A stretch of 48,024 nucleotides of DNA from Paraphysomonas bandaiensis. Lineage: Eukaryota; Protista; Chrysophyceae. The notes below the pieces were generated by a model. The model saw only the letters and a program-made list of their open reading frames with translations, searched no databases and was not told the origin of the DNA. The stretch covers positions 1 to 48,024 of the forward strand of contig CBFFRP010000531.1 of the NCBI GenBank assembly GCA_965644295.1. Direction: 5' to 3'. Shown piece after piece: positions 15,453-28,716 of the stretch; the first letter of the stretch is position 1, and every line of letters begins with the position of its first letter. Both the position numbers and the translations under genes were made by a program.

Positions 15453-16379
15453 TCATGCACATAAGAATGATAATATTTACACAAAATTTATAGAAAGAAT
15501 CAAAGATCTTTACAGTGTATCTGTCTACATGTATATGTATATGTATGTATATGTGGAGTGATGAGGACTGAGTTAGGTATTCTCTGCACTCGTCTCACAA
15601 CACTAATACAATAGAATATAAACTAACAGACAAATGAGATGCAAGAGATTATCATAAACTGCAGTGTTGATGCATCTATCGCTCTGTGGGATCTACTCAG
15701 TGTGGGTGTGGGTGTCATAGTATGTATATATAGCAGCCGTGTATGTAGCATCATATCCGTTGACTCAGATACTGGTGTATACACAGACTACGTTCCGTTG
15801 TATACCATGGAGACGTTTTTCGACAAAGCGGACCAGCAGCTTCATTTTTTTGTATTGTGTTTTTTCGTATGGAAAATGAGTGTAGAGCTTTGAAATTGAC
15901 CCACAATTTTTTTAGAACGAGTGGGACCATCTACAGTCCGTATGGAAGTCATCATCACCAGTTCAAACCCTCACTTACATTCCATAAACGAAGTGACGAG
16001 CAGCAGTTAGAAGAAGGGCAAGAAGGAACATCCACACACAAAAAAAAATCAAGTGGTGTATAGTCGCCAATCAGTCACTGTGGACGTATCGGCATCCTTT
16101 GTATATTTTTGTTCCAAGATGCCGCTAATATTGAGACAATAATTATCTGTATTCCAGCCGTAGTTGTATTGAAGTAATATAGAGTATATTTGCTTCTATT
16201 TAATCCCGAAAAATATGATGCAGACTGCCGACACGGACACCTGGGCGTGTACCGAGATCAGTATGTACTGTGTATATGTATGAACATATGTACGTATGTA
16301 CATGTATGCATGTATATGTCCATATATACACAGTTGTCTGTACCATTATTCTTAAACTATCCATATATACAACAATACA

Positions 16380-17602
16380 ATGAGCTCATCATTGCCTCGA
16401 GTAAACTCACAGTTGGTACGTCATCACTACCCCTCTATTAATCATACAACACCTCTCATATTCATATACAGCAACCCATTCTATTAAAGGGCCATGAGAG
16501 ATCCATCACTCAAGTGAAATACAATGCTGATGGAGATCTTATCTTCACTTGTGCTAAAGATAATAAACCAACTGTATGGTATGCTGAAACAGGGGAGAGA
16601 ATTGGGACATACGAGGGACATAAAGGTGCAGTATGGGACTTAGATCCTAACTGGGATTCCACATACTTAGTCACTGCATGTGCTGATGGCAGTGCGCGTC
16701 TATTCGAGACAACTACTGGTAGATATATTGCTAGAATGCCTCACCGTGGGTATGATTATCTATTGTACGCGTATTATTTTGCTCTTAACTGTTGCATAGC
16801 GCTGTGAGAGCGGTTTCATGGGGTGAGGGATCACATGTCTTCGCCACGGCTTCTGATCCTTTTACCTCAAGAGAGCGCGGTCTTATCTCAATATTTGAGT
16901 TCCCAAAAGACGATGGTGCGTAGTAATCTGAGCAGTTGCGAGACCAGGAGACCCATAATTTGTTACTTGATAGGTTTGGCTCTTTCAGGTGACGAATGTC
17001 TGCACACTCCCAAGCTAGAAATCGAAGTGGACGACCTCAACAAGGCCACATGCCTGGCCTGGACCACTGCTAATGAACACATTCTTGCTGGATTTGACTC
17101 TGGTATGATTGTAAAATATGATCCAAACACAGGGAAGGAGGTGACCCGTGTCCAGTTCCACGAGGACCGCGTGAATCGTCTCAACTTCAATGTTGACAAG
17201 ACTCTTTTTATTACCGCCTCAAAGGACACTACATCGAAGTTAGTGGACCCTGTCAACCTGGAAGTTATTAAGTCATTCAGCACGGACCGGCCGGTGAATG
17301 GAGCCGTTATTCACCCACATAAACCCCACGTATTGCTTGGAGGAGGACAGGACGCCATGAGCGTCACTGTTACAGCTGCCAATGTTGGAAAGTTCGAGAC
17401 GCGTTTCTTCCACTACATCTATGGGGAGGAGTTCGGGAGAGTTAAAGGTCATTTCGGTCCCATCAATGCCATTGCTATCCACCCACAGGGCAAATCATAT
17501 GCCAGCGGCTCGGAAGATGGCTTCATTCGCCTTCACCATTTCGACTCGGCATACTTGAATTGCCCGGATCACATTCCTGATGACTTGAAAACCGCAGAGT
17601 AG
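16380..17602 (+). CDS. EIF3I: Eukaryotic translation initiation factor 3 subunit I (WD40)
   Basis: PILLKGHERSITQVKYN, GERIGTYEGHKGAVW, GGGQDAMSVT, GKFETRFFH, GRVKGHFGPINAIA, SGSEDGFIRLH. Three short GT-AG introns. Confidence 0.96.
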
Positions 17603-17867
17603 ACGACAGGCAGAAAACGGTGAACATAACGGTGAATGTGTGACGAAGGGTAGATTACAAAGCTGCCATGTTGGCCGTAGGTTATAGACTCAGTCACCTC
17701 TCTCGTAATGGTCGTTGGCGCCGTCATGAGCAACGAGTGTGTATCATTGTAGTCCCTTTTGTCTTGTTCAGAGTAAATTTTCAATGCCTTATCTAGTAAT
17801 AATATATTCTTACATAGTCCGACATTATGCCTTCTTTTTGAAGTCAAAGAACTCTAAAATATCAAAT

Positions 17868-18182
17868 ACACGTATCCTGGAAAACAGGTTGTAGTCAATT
17901 ATATTTCGCTGTCCCAATTAATTGGGTTGGAATAAGAATTGATAATCTAAATTAGATACTCATGTAGCTATATATTAGCTGCCAACTTCCAACATAGCTT
18001 GCTCAATCTGTTTTTGCAGCAGCCCGGCGAATTGTTTAATCTGTCTCTCAGCAGTCAGCAGTTGCTATTGGCTATTGGCTATTGGCTATTGGACACATCC
18101 TATTGGATAGTAGACCTATAGTAAGATTCAACCTTTATCTAGGTACATGTGGCTTGTACCGCTTATAAGTATGTGTAGTAAC
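17868..18182. repeat. Dispersed repeat cluster: AATT-family piece, copy B of the 5236 repeat, and (GGCTATT)4
   Basis: Matches to 5470-5510 and 5236-5375, with a 7-mer tandem at 18063-18092. Confidence 0.75.
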
Positions 18183-19688
18183 GTTATAATTTTTATACAC
18201 ACATCAATAATTGTACGTTGCTAGTATCAAATTGGACTTTTCCTTTGCTCTAGGAAGCCACAGGCACCATTTCATAAAACTTCTTTTTACTTATTACAAG
18301 CTCTACCACGGTTCCACATGACCACAAACACCTCACAGTGACCACACTCCACGAATTACGCACCGAAACTATTAAAGACCTACATAATCAGGTCTTTGGA
18401 TGGACGCTCAACAATCAACAAACACCCAACTACAAAATAACAATTGAGCCTTGACACACTTCAGTATTAAAGTTTGGCATTATATTATGAGAAGTATTAA
18501 CATAACAACTGAAAGATAAACTTATACTCAATGCTGAGAATTATAAATTATAATCAATATATCTCTTATCATTTACCAATTTCATGTTGTCTCTACTGCC
18601 ACGCATTTCTCGCACGATCTTACTTCTTCGTCACTACAACTCTCATCTCATTCATCCTCACAGTACGATTAATAAGAGTACAACTGTATACTACTGTAAG
18701 TTATATACCTTATAACTACAGCCTTTAATTACTCTCATATAACAGAACTCAACATCCAGTGCAGGGATGCAGCCCTGGCAGTTGCTCTCTGCCCCACAGC
18801 ATGGCCTCTCCCAGTGCCATCCCCGGATTATGCATATCCACCAGGCTACATGTTGGCAGCTCTCACACTTACTTAAAGACTCACCATCCTGAAGTCAGAA
18901 GATGTCAGGTATATCAACACCCTGATAGCTCACTGATGAAAATTATTTATATTATATGAACAAGAGGCTGAGTAAACTTACCAGTACAGATTAGACAACT
19001 AAGACGAGATGGTATTCTGTTGCCGAGAACACACACAACGACAAAGTTAAGCAATAAAAGAATTTGTAAAACTCTGTTTACAGAGGGCACCAATATGCAG
19101 CGATGGCGAAACGGAAGATAAAAGAAAGTGAAATTTCCCCCCCCCTGATTTTGTGGTCGTTGTGTGTTGTAGAGGTGAAAGGGAAAAGGGACTCTAGAAA
19201 GCACAAACAAATCAGGAGATTCAGAAACACATACACATGCATGCGTTTGCTGCAAATTAACGACAAATCTTGAGCATATATAAATTTCACCTAATCTTAT
19301 AGTTCATTACTACAGTACCATCTAGTTCTCATTATTGCCTGCGCATGTAACAGAAAAGCAATAACTGTACGCCAATGAGTGAACTGATTATTATTCAACA
19401 GCCCAATAGTACTCCAGCTACACACTCTACTACTCTAGTCTCTAGTACCACTACTTATTACCTGACACTAGCCGGGAGTCTCTGGAGCTTAAAGCCATTT
19501 CTGATGCATTTTCCTTTTTACCACGACTGAGAGCATTGCTCAGTAAGTCGAGTATATCCACTACCTCACCTGCATGGTCTTCTTCTTCCATTTCAAACAC
19601 GGTTTCATGCTGTAAATCAGCACATGAATCAACGACGTACTCGGACTGAACTTTTCTCCCCTCTAATACTAATAGTGACAAGTAACCT

Positions 19689-19760
19689 TACACTTAGTAA
19701 CACTTACTTCTATTCACACTTAGTAACAACTTAGTAAAACTTACTTCTATTCACACTTAG
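19689..19760. repeat. Short dispersed/tandem repeat ACTTAGTAACACTTACTTCTATTCACACTTAG (two copies here, one at 38122)
   Basis: Exact match of more than 30 nt between 19693-19728 and 38122-38157. Confidence 0.9.
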
Positions 19761-19794
19761 TATATATATTTATATATATATATTGTACTTGAAA

Positions 19795-19867
19795 GCTTGT
19801 AAGACAATAATAATTGCAATTATTAATCAGGCATCCAATTATTGGCAATTAATTGTTACGCAAGCTG
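19795..19867. repeat. AATT-rich mini-element with imperfect terminal inverted repeats
   Basis: Begins AGCTTGTAAGACAA and ends TTGTTACGCAAGCTG. The reverse complement of the end matches 43142 CAGGCTTGCGTAACAATT. Confidence 0.65.
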
Positions 19868-20226
19868 CAAATCAGATTACATTTCGTTATTCCAAGGAGT
19901 CTAGTACTGCATGCGATTAATTTTTACTTTCAATTTACTGGTAGGTTTGCTTTATGTAGTACTGACAATCCGGTTATATATATTGCCATTAGCTTAATTA
20001 TTTTAAAAAATCATAAATAATTCAAATCTACTACTCGTAACAAAACATAAAGGAATAAATTTGACAGCGGCTTCCATGTCAAAGCTTTTCCTAGCGTACT
20101 CTATAGATCTTTAACATAACATAATAGCCCATATACAAAGCAAGTCACGCAATATAACAGAATGTTTCAAATCACTGGAATTGGAATAGAATGTGATAAG
20201 TAAATATATCAAATGCCATTTCTATG

Positions 20227-21426
20227 TTATCTTGAAGCGACTCGCTGACCAACAGGATGGCCCTCACGAGTCCTCTTTCCGGGAGAGAAGCTTAAGGGTG
20301 GTGTGGTGCTTACATCCATCTGTGGACTGGGTGTGGAGCAAAACAAATCCATTTCCTCAGCACAGGACACTGGGCTATGGTTGCAGATATCCTCTGTTAT
20401 AGGCTGACAAAGAGGCCGGGGGGTTGATACAATCCATGGGTCCGACATCAGCTCTCCAGCAGTCGGGCGCTGGGAGGGATCTTTCTTAAGAATTTTTCGG
20501 ACCAAATCCTTTGCCACATCCGAAACCTCATCCCATCGAGGACCACGTAGTGGGAAATATGCCGCCTGTACGATCTGTTCCCGACAATTCATGTCGAATG
20601 GAGGACTCCCCACTAGCATACCGTACAAACACACTCCCACTTGCCAAACGTCAGTAGCTGGTGAATGTATACCTTCAAGAATAGTTTCGGGGGCACGGTA
20701 TCCTGCTGTGCCGAGATGCTTCTCACTGCGGTGTTCTTTCTCCCCATCAGGTAGCTGAACCATCATGCCGACATCAATCAACTTGGCACAGGCGTTAGGG
20801 CCACGATGTGTAAACATTATGTTTTCCAACTTGATGTCACCTACACAGTCAATTCGTCAAAAGCGAAGTGTAAACATAGCGCTTCACATACAGTGAACAT
20901 AGCGATTTCTATGTAGCTCTGCCACAGTTGTAATGATATCAGAGAAAGTCCTCTTTAACTCGTTCTCAGAAAGGTAGGCTCGCTTTTCTAGAGTATTCAG
21001 TAGGTCACCGCCTTCCAACAGCTCGGTCACTACACACGGAAAAGATTGCATAAATTGTTTGTTACGTGCCACGCCAATATGAGTGTCCATGAATACGGCC
21101 TCCATATGGACGATTCCAGATATATGACTCAGGCTTTTGAGCATTTGGATCTCTCCCTCAATATCAGACATTTTTGGTCGTCTTCTCCCGTAACCGAAAA
21201 ATTTCATAGCGACTTTTTTATTACAAGGTACCCAAAGGCCTGAGTAGACAACACCATATGCACCCTGCTGCAGTAAATGCCCAACAATAAAATCTTGAGC
21301 CTTACCAGTGCATTCCCCGTGAAAGAGTGAGATACCCTCCTCTTTCTGCATGATACAGGGGCTACTATGAACCGTCTTGCACTTGAATAGAGGTAGCGGT
21401 GCTTGGTTATGCATATACATGCACAA
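20227..21426 (-). CDS. CAMK-group-like Ser/Thr protein kinase, 2 exons
   Basis: QGAYGVVY, VAMK, VTELLEGGDL, spliced HCDIKLEN, DVG, GTAGYRAPE, DVWQVG, VSDVAKDLVRKIL. Intron at about 20892-20842. The exact start is uncertain. Confidence 0.88.
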
Positions 21427-23912
21427 CCGCCAAGGTATGTCAAGAGTTAGTGAGTTTCCAGTGATATAGAGTTAGGCAGGCTGAGATCTGATGCATTCTA
21501 CACGTTTCTTCATATATAAAACTATTGAAAAAATTTACAAAAAATTCAACTGAAAATTTAATCCTCGGACTGGCCCCATCCGCCCACCGTATCAGCAGTC
21601 AGCAACTTATTCTTCGGGAATAAAATGAAGCAACAATACTCTATATAAGTCCTGTATAACTACGGCAGTAATACACAGAATTGTTGTCTCAATATTAGAG
21701 GCATCTTGGAACAAAAATATACAAAGGATGCCGAGACGACTGTGTGGATATATACGATATTGAAGTACTAAACTGTGTGTATTTCCTGGAATAGATAGAA
21801 TTTTTCTAGAAACCAGGGATATTGTGAGGAATACAATATCAAAGATTGTGATTGGATGATATTGTGAAAGTATTTGAGGATTTGACATATCATGGAACTT
21901 TTCTTCCAGAAACCGGCTTTTTATGAAATAATGGGTTGCAAGATTATACTGCTGTACTGTATATAATGTTTGGAAATCAGGGATTTTCTTCATAATTTAT
22001 GATGCATATCCTGCCGCACCCACACAGTAGATGGTTGCTATGTCCAGCGTAGACATCAGATTGTTCCTGGAGAATCCCAATAGAGTCATAGAGCAGATAG
22101 ACACTGATGAGACACAGAGAGGGTCTGGAGTATACCGTCCCTTGTCATTCATAATCATGAGGATGATGCCATGTATATATCAGTGAACAGACAACCATAT
22201 GATCGTGTGATCATATGAGGGCAGAGGGGAATATCACTCCTACTACTATCTCATACATTATACATACATATACATATATATGTAAATAAAAAAACATGTC
22301 CCAATCCCCCCTAAAGACACTCAGTCCAATGCCCGTATCTATATACCATACCCATACACTGTACGTGGAGTAGATATGAACGAAAGTGCCATAAAGGACA
22401 CACCTTCATTTTTTTTGTATGACAGTTTAATATACGGATAATAGACACTGTATATCAGCACTTCAAGTCATTGAATATTAACGTCAATTTCTATATGTTA
22501 TAGTGTCACTTTTTTGTCATATTGAGGAACTGATGTGTGGTGAAGACTACTGACCATATGGGACAGTGTGTATGTGTATGTGTATATGTGTATGTACTGA
22601 CCATATGAGGCAGTGTGCATATGTATATGTGTATGTGTGTATATGTGCGGTATATGTATACGTACAGTATGTATGGTAATATTATTTAGATTTGGACGAC
22701 TTCATAATAATAACCATAGCTACATCATCACGTCAACACCCTCGTCACTGTTGAACTATAATACACTTAATAAGGTAGTTACACCATTGGGATGACGAGA
22801 TAGCCCAGCCATATCTGTAGTATCAAGCTGCCGTTTACGGATGTATGGACAGGCATAGTTAAAGTATGCTATGATGATTATCTAAAGTAACTAGAAGAAA
22901 ATGCAATCTATGTAGCTTTACCAACCTTATATACACGCTATATCATACATTCTACCAATCCTTCCACAAATCGTTACAACACTATTTGAATTTTATAAAC
23001 CTAACCTCTAAAATAGCGAAACGACAGTTTACAATCGTGACGAAAGTGTCAAGAAACCACTGTGCGTGCCTCCTTGAATAGCTCTGGAGGAGAGACTCAT
23101 TGACACTCCATATACTCTTCAGGTCATTTGAGTGTGATGTTAAATATACTGCTTTCATTTAGTTAAAATTCTACGCTTCCTATTGATTTGTCTTCGTCGG
23201 TTTGAGTTCGAGTCACTTCTACTGAAGCTGACCTTTTTCTACATTCACATCTATGAAACTAAAATTATGAACAATATTACATTTTACATATGCTGATGTG
23301 TTACAATGTAATAGCTATCGACGTCTATCATCCCCTAAAACCAAAATTATTCTATACAACTATGATGTACACGATTTCAGGGGCTATTTGTTTAGAATGC
23401 ATCATATGGTATATACCAACAGCTGAATTCTAGACTATCATCGTTAAGAGATGTACACCAATTTCGACACGATGTGTGAAATATTCGTGCTAAGAATCAC
23501 CCGTTATCATACATTACTTCTTGCCAATTCATGTGTCAGATTCCAAACCTGTCACCTGATGACACCATTGTCAGACAGAGGTATATTACACCTTCGGTTA
23601 ATTTTGATTTCCAAGCAATGTATCGGAGTGCTTCTCTATGATGGTGCATACTATCATCTATGCTTGCATTGAATAGCCTGCACGTGTGTATATAAAGAGA
23701 GCGCCGTGCCTCCAGTAAACCCGAATGTGCAAAATCCAAATTAGGGTCTGACATACATTCTATATCGTTACAACTTGAACTTTCTTTCCAGGTTAGTCGT
23801 GACTTCAACCATTTCGGAGAGAGCGAAACATGTGATTCCATACCGTTTGATTTGGATTAGGAGATGCAATGTACGGTTGTCAACCCACCCATCAAGGGGT
23901 AATGAAGAAAGC

Positions 23913-26900
23913 TCATGTCACATGTTGCTTTCTGTGTCTGCAAGCTGATATTGCAGCCGCTTCCATTGCGGCAAGAGACTCCCAAGCATCCTCACTAAGA
24001 GTATCTACACCATACACACCAGGACAAGGGGCAGAATTGCAATGATGGACAGAGATACTTGAAGTTGATGAACTGGTTGACTCCTGACTCTGGCGTCTTG
24101 CGGAGAGTGTCATCTCCATGACCTTATCGAACTCCGCAATATCATCCAGAGGAGAAGTTCTAGAATACGGGAGAGAGTTAGACGGTGCTACTCCACTCGA
24201 TGAATGGCAGAAAGTACGAGAGCGACTGGGCGAGCTCCTTTCCACATCGGTAACTGAGGATTTCTTCGCTACGGCATTCTCCAAGAGGTAGGAGGCTTGT
24301 TGATCTGGTGCAACGACACCCATAGATGATCCAGAATGCGGATGAGAAGATGGAGGCGTTATTCCACCCGATATTTTGTTCGAAGTGGCACTCCAAGAGG
24401 TTTCTGGAGTTGGTGCAGCGGCACCCATAGAAGATCCAGAACGCGGATGAGAAGATGGAGGCGTTATTCCACCCGATGTTTTGTTCGAAGTGGCACTCCA
24501 AGAGGTTTCTAGAGTTGGTGCAGCGGCACCCATAGAAGATCCAGAACGCGGATGAGAAGATGGAGGCGTTATTCCACCCGATGTTTTATTCGAAGTGGCA
24601 CTCCAAGAGGTTTCTGGAGTTGGTGCAGCGGCACCCATAGAAGATCCAGAACGCGGATGAGAAGATGGAGGCGTTATTCCACCCGATGTTTTGTTCGAAG
24701 TGGCACTCCAAGCGGTTTCTGGAGTTGGTGCAGCGGCACCCATAGAAGATCCAGAATGCCGATAAGAAGATTGTGGCGCTACTCCATTCGATGCTTTGTT
24801 CGAAATGGTATTCAAGGAGGTTTGTTGAGTTGGTGCAGCAGCACTCATAGAAGTACCAGAATGTGGGTGAGAAGATGGCGGCGCTACTCCACCCATTTTG
24901 TTCGCAACAACACCCATAGAAGATCTAGAATGCGGATAAGAAGATGGTGGCGCTACTCCACTCGATGTTTTGTTAACTGCACTCTCCGAAGGGTAGGAGG
25001 TCCGTTGAGTTGGTGCAACGACACCCATAGAAGATCCAGAATGCCGATAAGAAGTTTGTGGCGCTACTGCCCCCGATGTTTTGTTCGTAACAACACCCAT
25101 AGAAGAACCAGAATGCAGATGAGAAGATGGCGGCATTCTCCCAGGCGAAGTTTTGTTCGCAACAACACCCATAGAAGTACCAGAATGCGGATGAGAAGAT
25201 GGCGGCACTACTGCCCCCGATGTTTTGTTCGCAACAACACCCATAGAAGAACCAGAATGCAGATGAGAAGATGGCGGCGTTATTCCACTCGATGTTTTGT
25301 TAACGGCACTCTCCGAAGGGTAGGAGGTCCGTTGAGTTGGTGCAACGACACTCATAGAAGATCCAGAATGCCGATAAGAAGTTTGTGGCGCTACTCCATT
25401 CGATGTTTTGTTCGAAATGGTATTCAAGGAGGTTTGTTGAGTTGGTACAACGACACTCATAGAGGATCTAGAATGCGGATGAGAAGGTGGCGGCGCTACT
25501 GCCCCCGATGTTTTGTTCGTAACACCCATAGAAGAACCAGAATGCAGATGAGAAGATGGTGGCGCTACTCCACCCGATGTTTTGTTAATGGCAATCTCCG
25601 AAGGGTAGGAGGTTCGTTGAGTTGGTGCAGTGGCACCCATAGAAGATCCAGAATGCCGATAAGAAGATTGTGACACTACCCCACCCGATGTTTTGTTAAC
25701 GGCATTCTCCGAAAGGTAGGAGGTACGTTGAGTAGGGTGGTTGTGGTGAATTGACATTGCCGGTTTTTGTTGACCAGGAGACGGAGACGTCTTTCTTAAT
25801 CCTATCGTCCTGGGATTAGAGTATACGCCTCTATCGTACTTAGTCTGGCCAGGAAGAGGGGGTTTACAGGGTGTGCGATTGATACCACAGCTAACATGTT
25901 TATCAGCAGGTTCCTGACTTAAGCGTTTGGCGGAAACAGCCATCGCAACGATTTTGTCGAACGCTTCAATATCATCAAGTAGAGCAGTCTCTGGGGGATC
26001 GTGCGAAGACGAAGTAGAAGATAAAGAGGACATTTGGCAGGCAATCCCAGAACGATGGAACAGGGGGTCGACCTCTACATCCACCACGCCTGGTTGAGAA
26101 CTTACTTGGGAGGACAGAGAGAATTGTGGTGAGCAGGGCATACCGGTTTCCACTTTTTGATGCAGGAGAGATGTGTGTATTTTACTCACTCTACCTGCAC
26201 TGTCGCAGAAATCGCCGCCAGTATTCACAACATTCGACCGTGAGGTTGCGTTGTGATAATGAGCGGACTGCTGCTGTTGAGGAATGTGGGCACGAAACTC
26301 TTCCTGTAGAGGTTGAACAGGGTACGTTTCAGAAGTGCTCTTCCTACTATTCTGGAATTTGTTTTCATTGACCGTGGTTTCATCTGCTTTTAACATAAGA
26401 AACAACGTAACATAGAAGGTGAAGGTAGTCTATCCGCTGTATCGGCACAAACTCACCGTTTTGCTCGTAATCCGAAGCATATTTCGTTTCCTCTTCAACG
26501 CTACCTTTCTTTGCGTTGGAATCAGCAATGCCAAAATTAGAAGTGCTAACTAATGCATCAAATGCATCGCTTCCCCTCTTAAGCATCAGCGAAGACCTTG
26601 GAAAGTTCTCCAAATCAGCTTTGAACCTATAACACATCCATATCCAGGTAAGAAATTGAGAGAATAGGCTATACATATTTGCCTACATACACATGGAGAT
26701 TTACGTAACTATCCGTACACACAGATATATATACACAGATGTCAACCCCTACACCTCTATCTATCTATCCATCTATCTATCTATGCATACAGAAATGGAC
26801 GTGAATCTTTCTATATATATCCATATATATACACCCGTTAACTACTATACTTATATATATAGCTCTGACAGTACATAGACATGTATATCTCAATACACAT

Positions 26901-27222
26901 ACATACATATATATCTCCCTATATACTTCTCTATCATACATATATCCATCTCTGTGTACACATACACACACATACATCTCTATACCTACATACATATCTC
27001 GTACCTCTTATAAGACATGTGAGATAAGCCCTCCCCCCTTCTCTTCCTCCCCCCCTGTGATCTATCTCCTCCCTCCCCCTCTCCTCCCTCTAGCCCCTCC
27101 CCCTCTAGCCCCTCTAGTCCCTCATAATCAAAGCTAAGGCTAAGAGGCCCTTGAGGAGACTCTCCCCATGTTACATCTTGGGCCTCCTCCTCTTGAGTGA
27201 GAGAGAATGGACTATGATGCAT
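23913..27222 (-). CDS. Large disordered Ser/Thr/Pro-rich protein with an N-terminal ETAA1/Dna2-like motif, 3 exons
   Basis: Exons 27222-27005, 26626-26457, 26383-23913 join in frame via GT-AG introns. N-terminal LTQEEEAQDVTWGESP and an internal tandem repeat block. The function is inferred. Confidence 0.75.
24300..25740 (-). repeat. Coding minisatellite of mixed approximately 72-nt and 120-nt units (NKTSGGxxPPSSHPHSGSSMG)
   Basis: Near-exact 120-nt units at 24320-24770 and more diverged units to 25740. Confidence 0.95.
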
Positions 27223-27515
27223 ACGGAGAGGTCTCCTCGTTTCGCCTTATCACTATATACATACACACCCCATGACTGACAATGTTCTGAGGAGCCTTAA
27301 CACACACATACATATACACACACACACTGCTATACTATAGCATACACATACACACATACATATACTACATACACATACGCTCCATATGTACATGTACATA
27401 TACATACAGCAGTTCATACCGTATACTTTGACGTAGTGGTGGTTCCAAAACCCCCAACTATTGTATATGGAAAATCTTGTAGAACATAATACACCATTTT
27501 TTCCATCAGATGATT

Positions 27516-27535
27516 AGAAATCCCTGGTTTTATGA
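27516..27535 (+). promoter_or_regulatory. Candidate divergent-promoter motif AGAAATCCCTGGTTTTATGA
   Basis: Second near-identical copy of the 6894 motif, upstream of the minus-strand start at 27222. Confidence 0.45.
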
Positions 27536-27825
27536 CATTTGGGGGACATCATGCTCAGTGCTCGTATGTATCATATGCATGGCATATGGATGTTGCACAA
27601 CAGGCAGGCAGTGTGTATTGTTGATAAGGCTTGAATGCACAATGATGCATCATGACGACAACTATCATAAGCCACAATGTGGGATGTCGAATCACTTGAA
27701 CGGTGTTGTCGTAAGGGGGAACACACGCATACATAGTGCATACGTATGCATATAGTTATGCATGTACATGTGCATTTCAACAGTGATGTGGATTATGTGT
27801 CACTATATATCAGATTGTGATTAAG

Positions 27826-28108
27826 ATTTCTACTTTCAAGTGATGTGCTGGAAGTTGATAAACACAGCTATGTAGACGTGTGTGGAACCATCGCTGATGT
27901 TCATGTTGTCCACTTGAACACTGCTGAAGGTAACCCTAACGGCATTGATCTTGAAGTGGGTGAGCTCACGGAGAGACGTATATCCGATGTGCAAGTGGAA
28001 GATGTTGAAGTTGTTGAGCCAACATTGGTGAGTTCCCAGGAAGCAGATTATGCTTTTCATACTGTCATTGATTGTGCTATCCAGATGGTCAACGTTCAGA
28101 TATGTTAG
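27826..28108 (+). CDS. Probable terminal exon of a small hypothetical acidic protein
   Basis: Open frame FLLSSDVLEVDKHSYVDV...NVQIC* with protein-like composition after a possible AG acceptor. The upstream exon is not resolved. Confidence 0.35.
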
Positions 28109-28716
28109 CTAGCAAGAATGGTATATTTTTACCCCTGCCTGCCACTGAGTCATATACGCTGCCTACAAAAGACTCGTAAATGCCAAAAGATCTGATCAAG
28201 GGATCGTATATGATTTCGCATTGAGAGCAATATATGGTTATATATTAAGACAAGGTATTCTTTATGGCATAGATTACAAGAAAGAAAACTATCCCACGGA
28301 GGCAGACTAACACACTCACAGTCCATGACAAACGTATGATATTATATAAGCGCTCCTTACTACCAACCGGTTTGCATCGTGGTATGATGGAATGGATATT
28401 TCAGAATCAGCTGTCGCCGTGACATGATACCACCAGGATGTGCAATTCACTAATCCACGTCACCGCTGTAGTTGAAATAGTTTTATATGTTCTATTTCAT
28501 TTTCCATCTCGCAGTGTACAAGTATATAGGAAATAAATAATTAGTTTGGCAGAGTGTAGACAAACCACATCTTTAGCAATTTATCTCTCCATAATCCATA
28601 CATCCATACCCTGTGTGCAAAGTATCAAATTATATAAGATGAGAATCTGCTAGAGAAGGAAATTATTAATATATATGAACAAACGAAAATACTATCATTA
28701 CACAAAATCCTAGAAA

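Noticed and set aside
18240-19300. Possible ncRNA or retroelement fragment
   Set aside because: No recognisable RNA family or protein motif on either strand by eye.
19451-19681. 76-aa acidic ORF on the minus strand
   Set aside because: No ATG start, no recognisable domain, and embedded among repeats. Possibly a TE or gene fragment, but unsupported.
24300-25740. Possible CRISPR-like repeat-spacer array, and the Arg/Trp-rich ORF 24552-25673 (+)
   Set aside because: Units are contiguous frame-preserving coding repeats with no unique spacers or cas genes. The + ORF is the antisense shadow.
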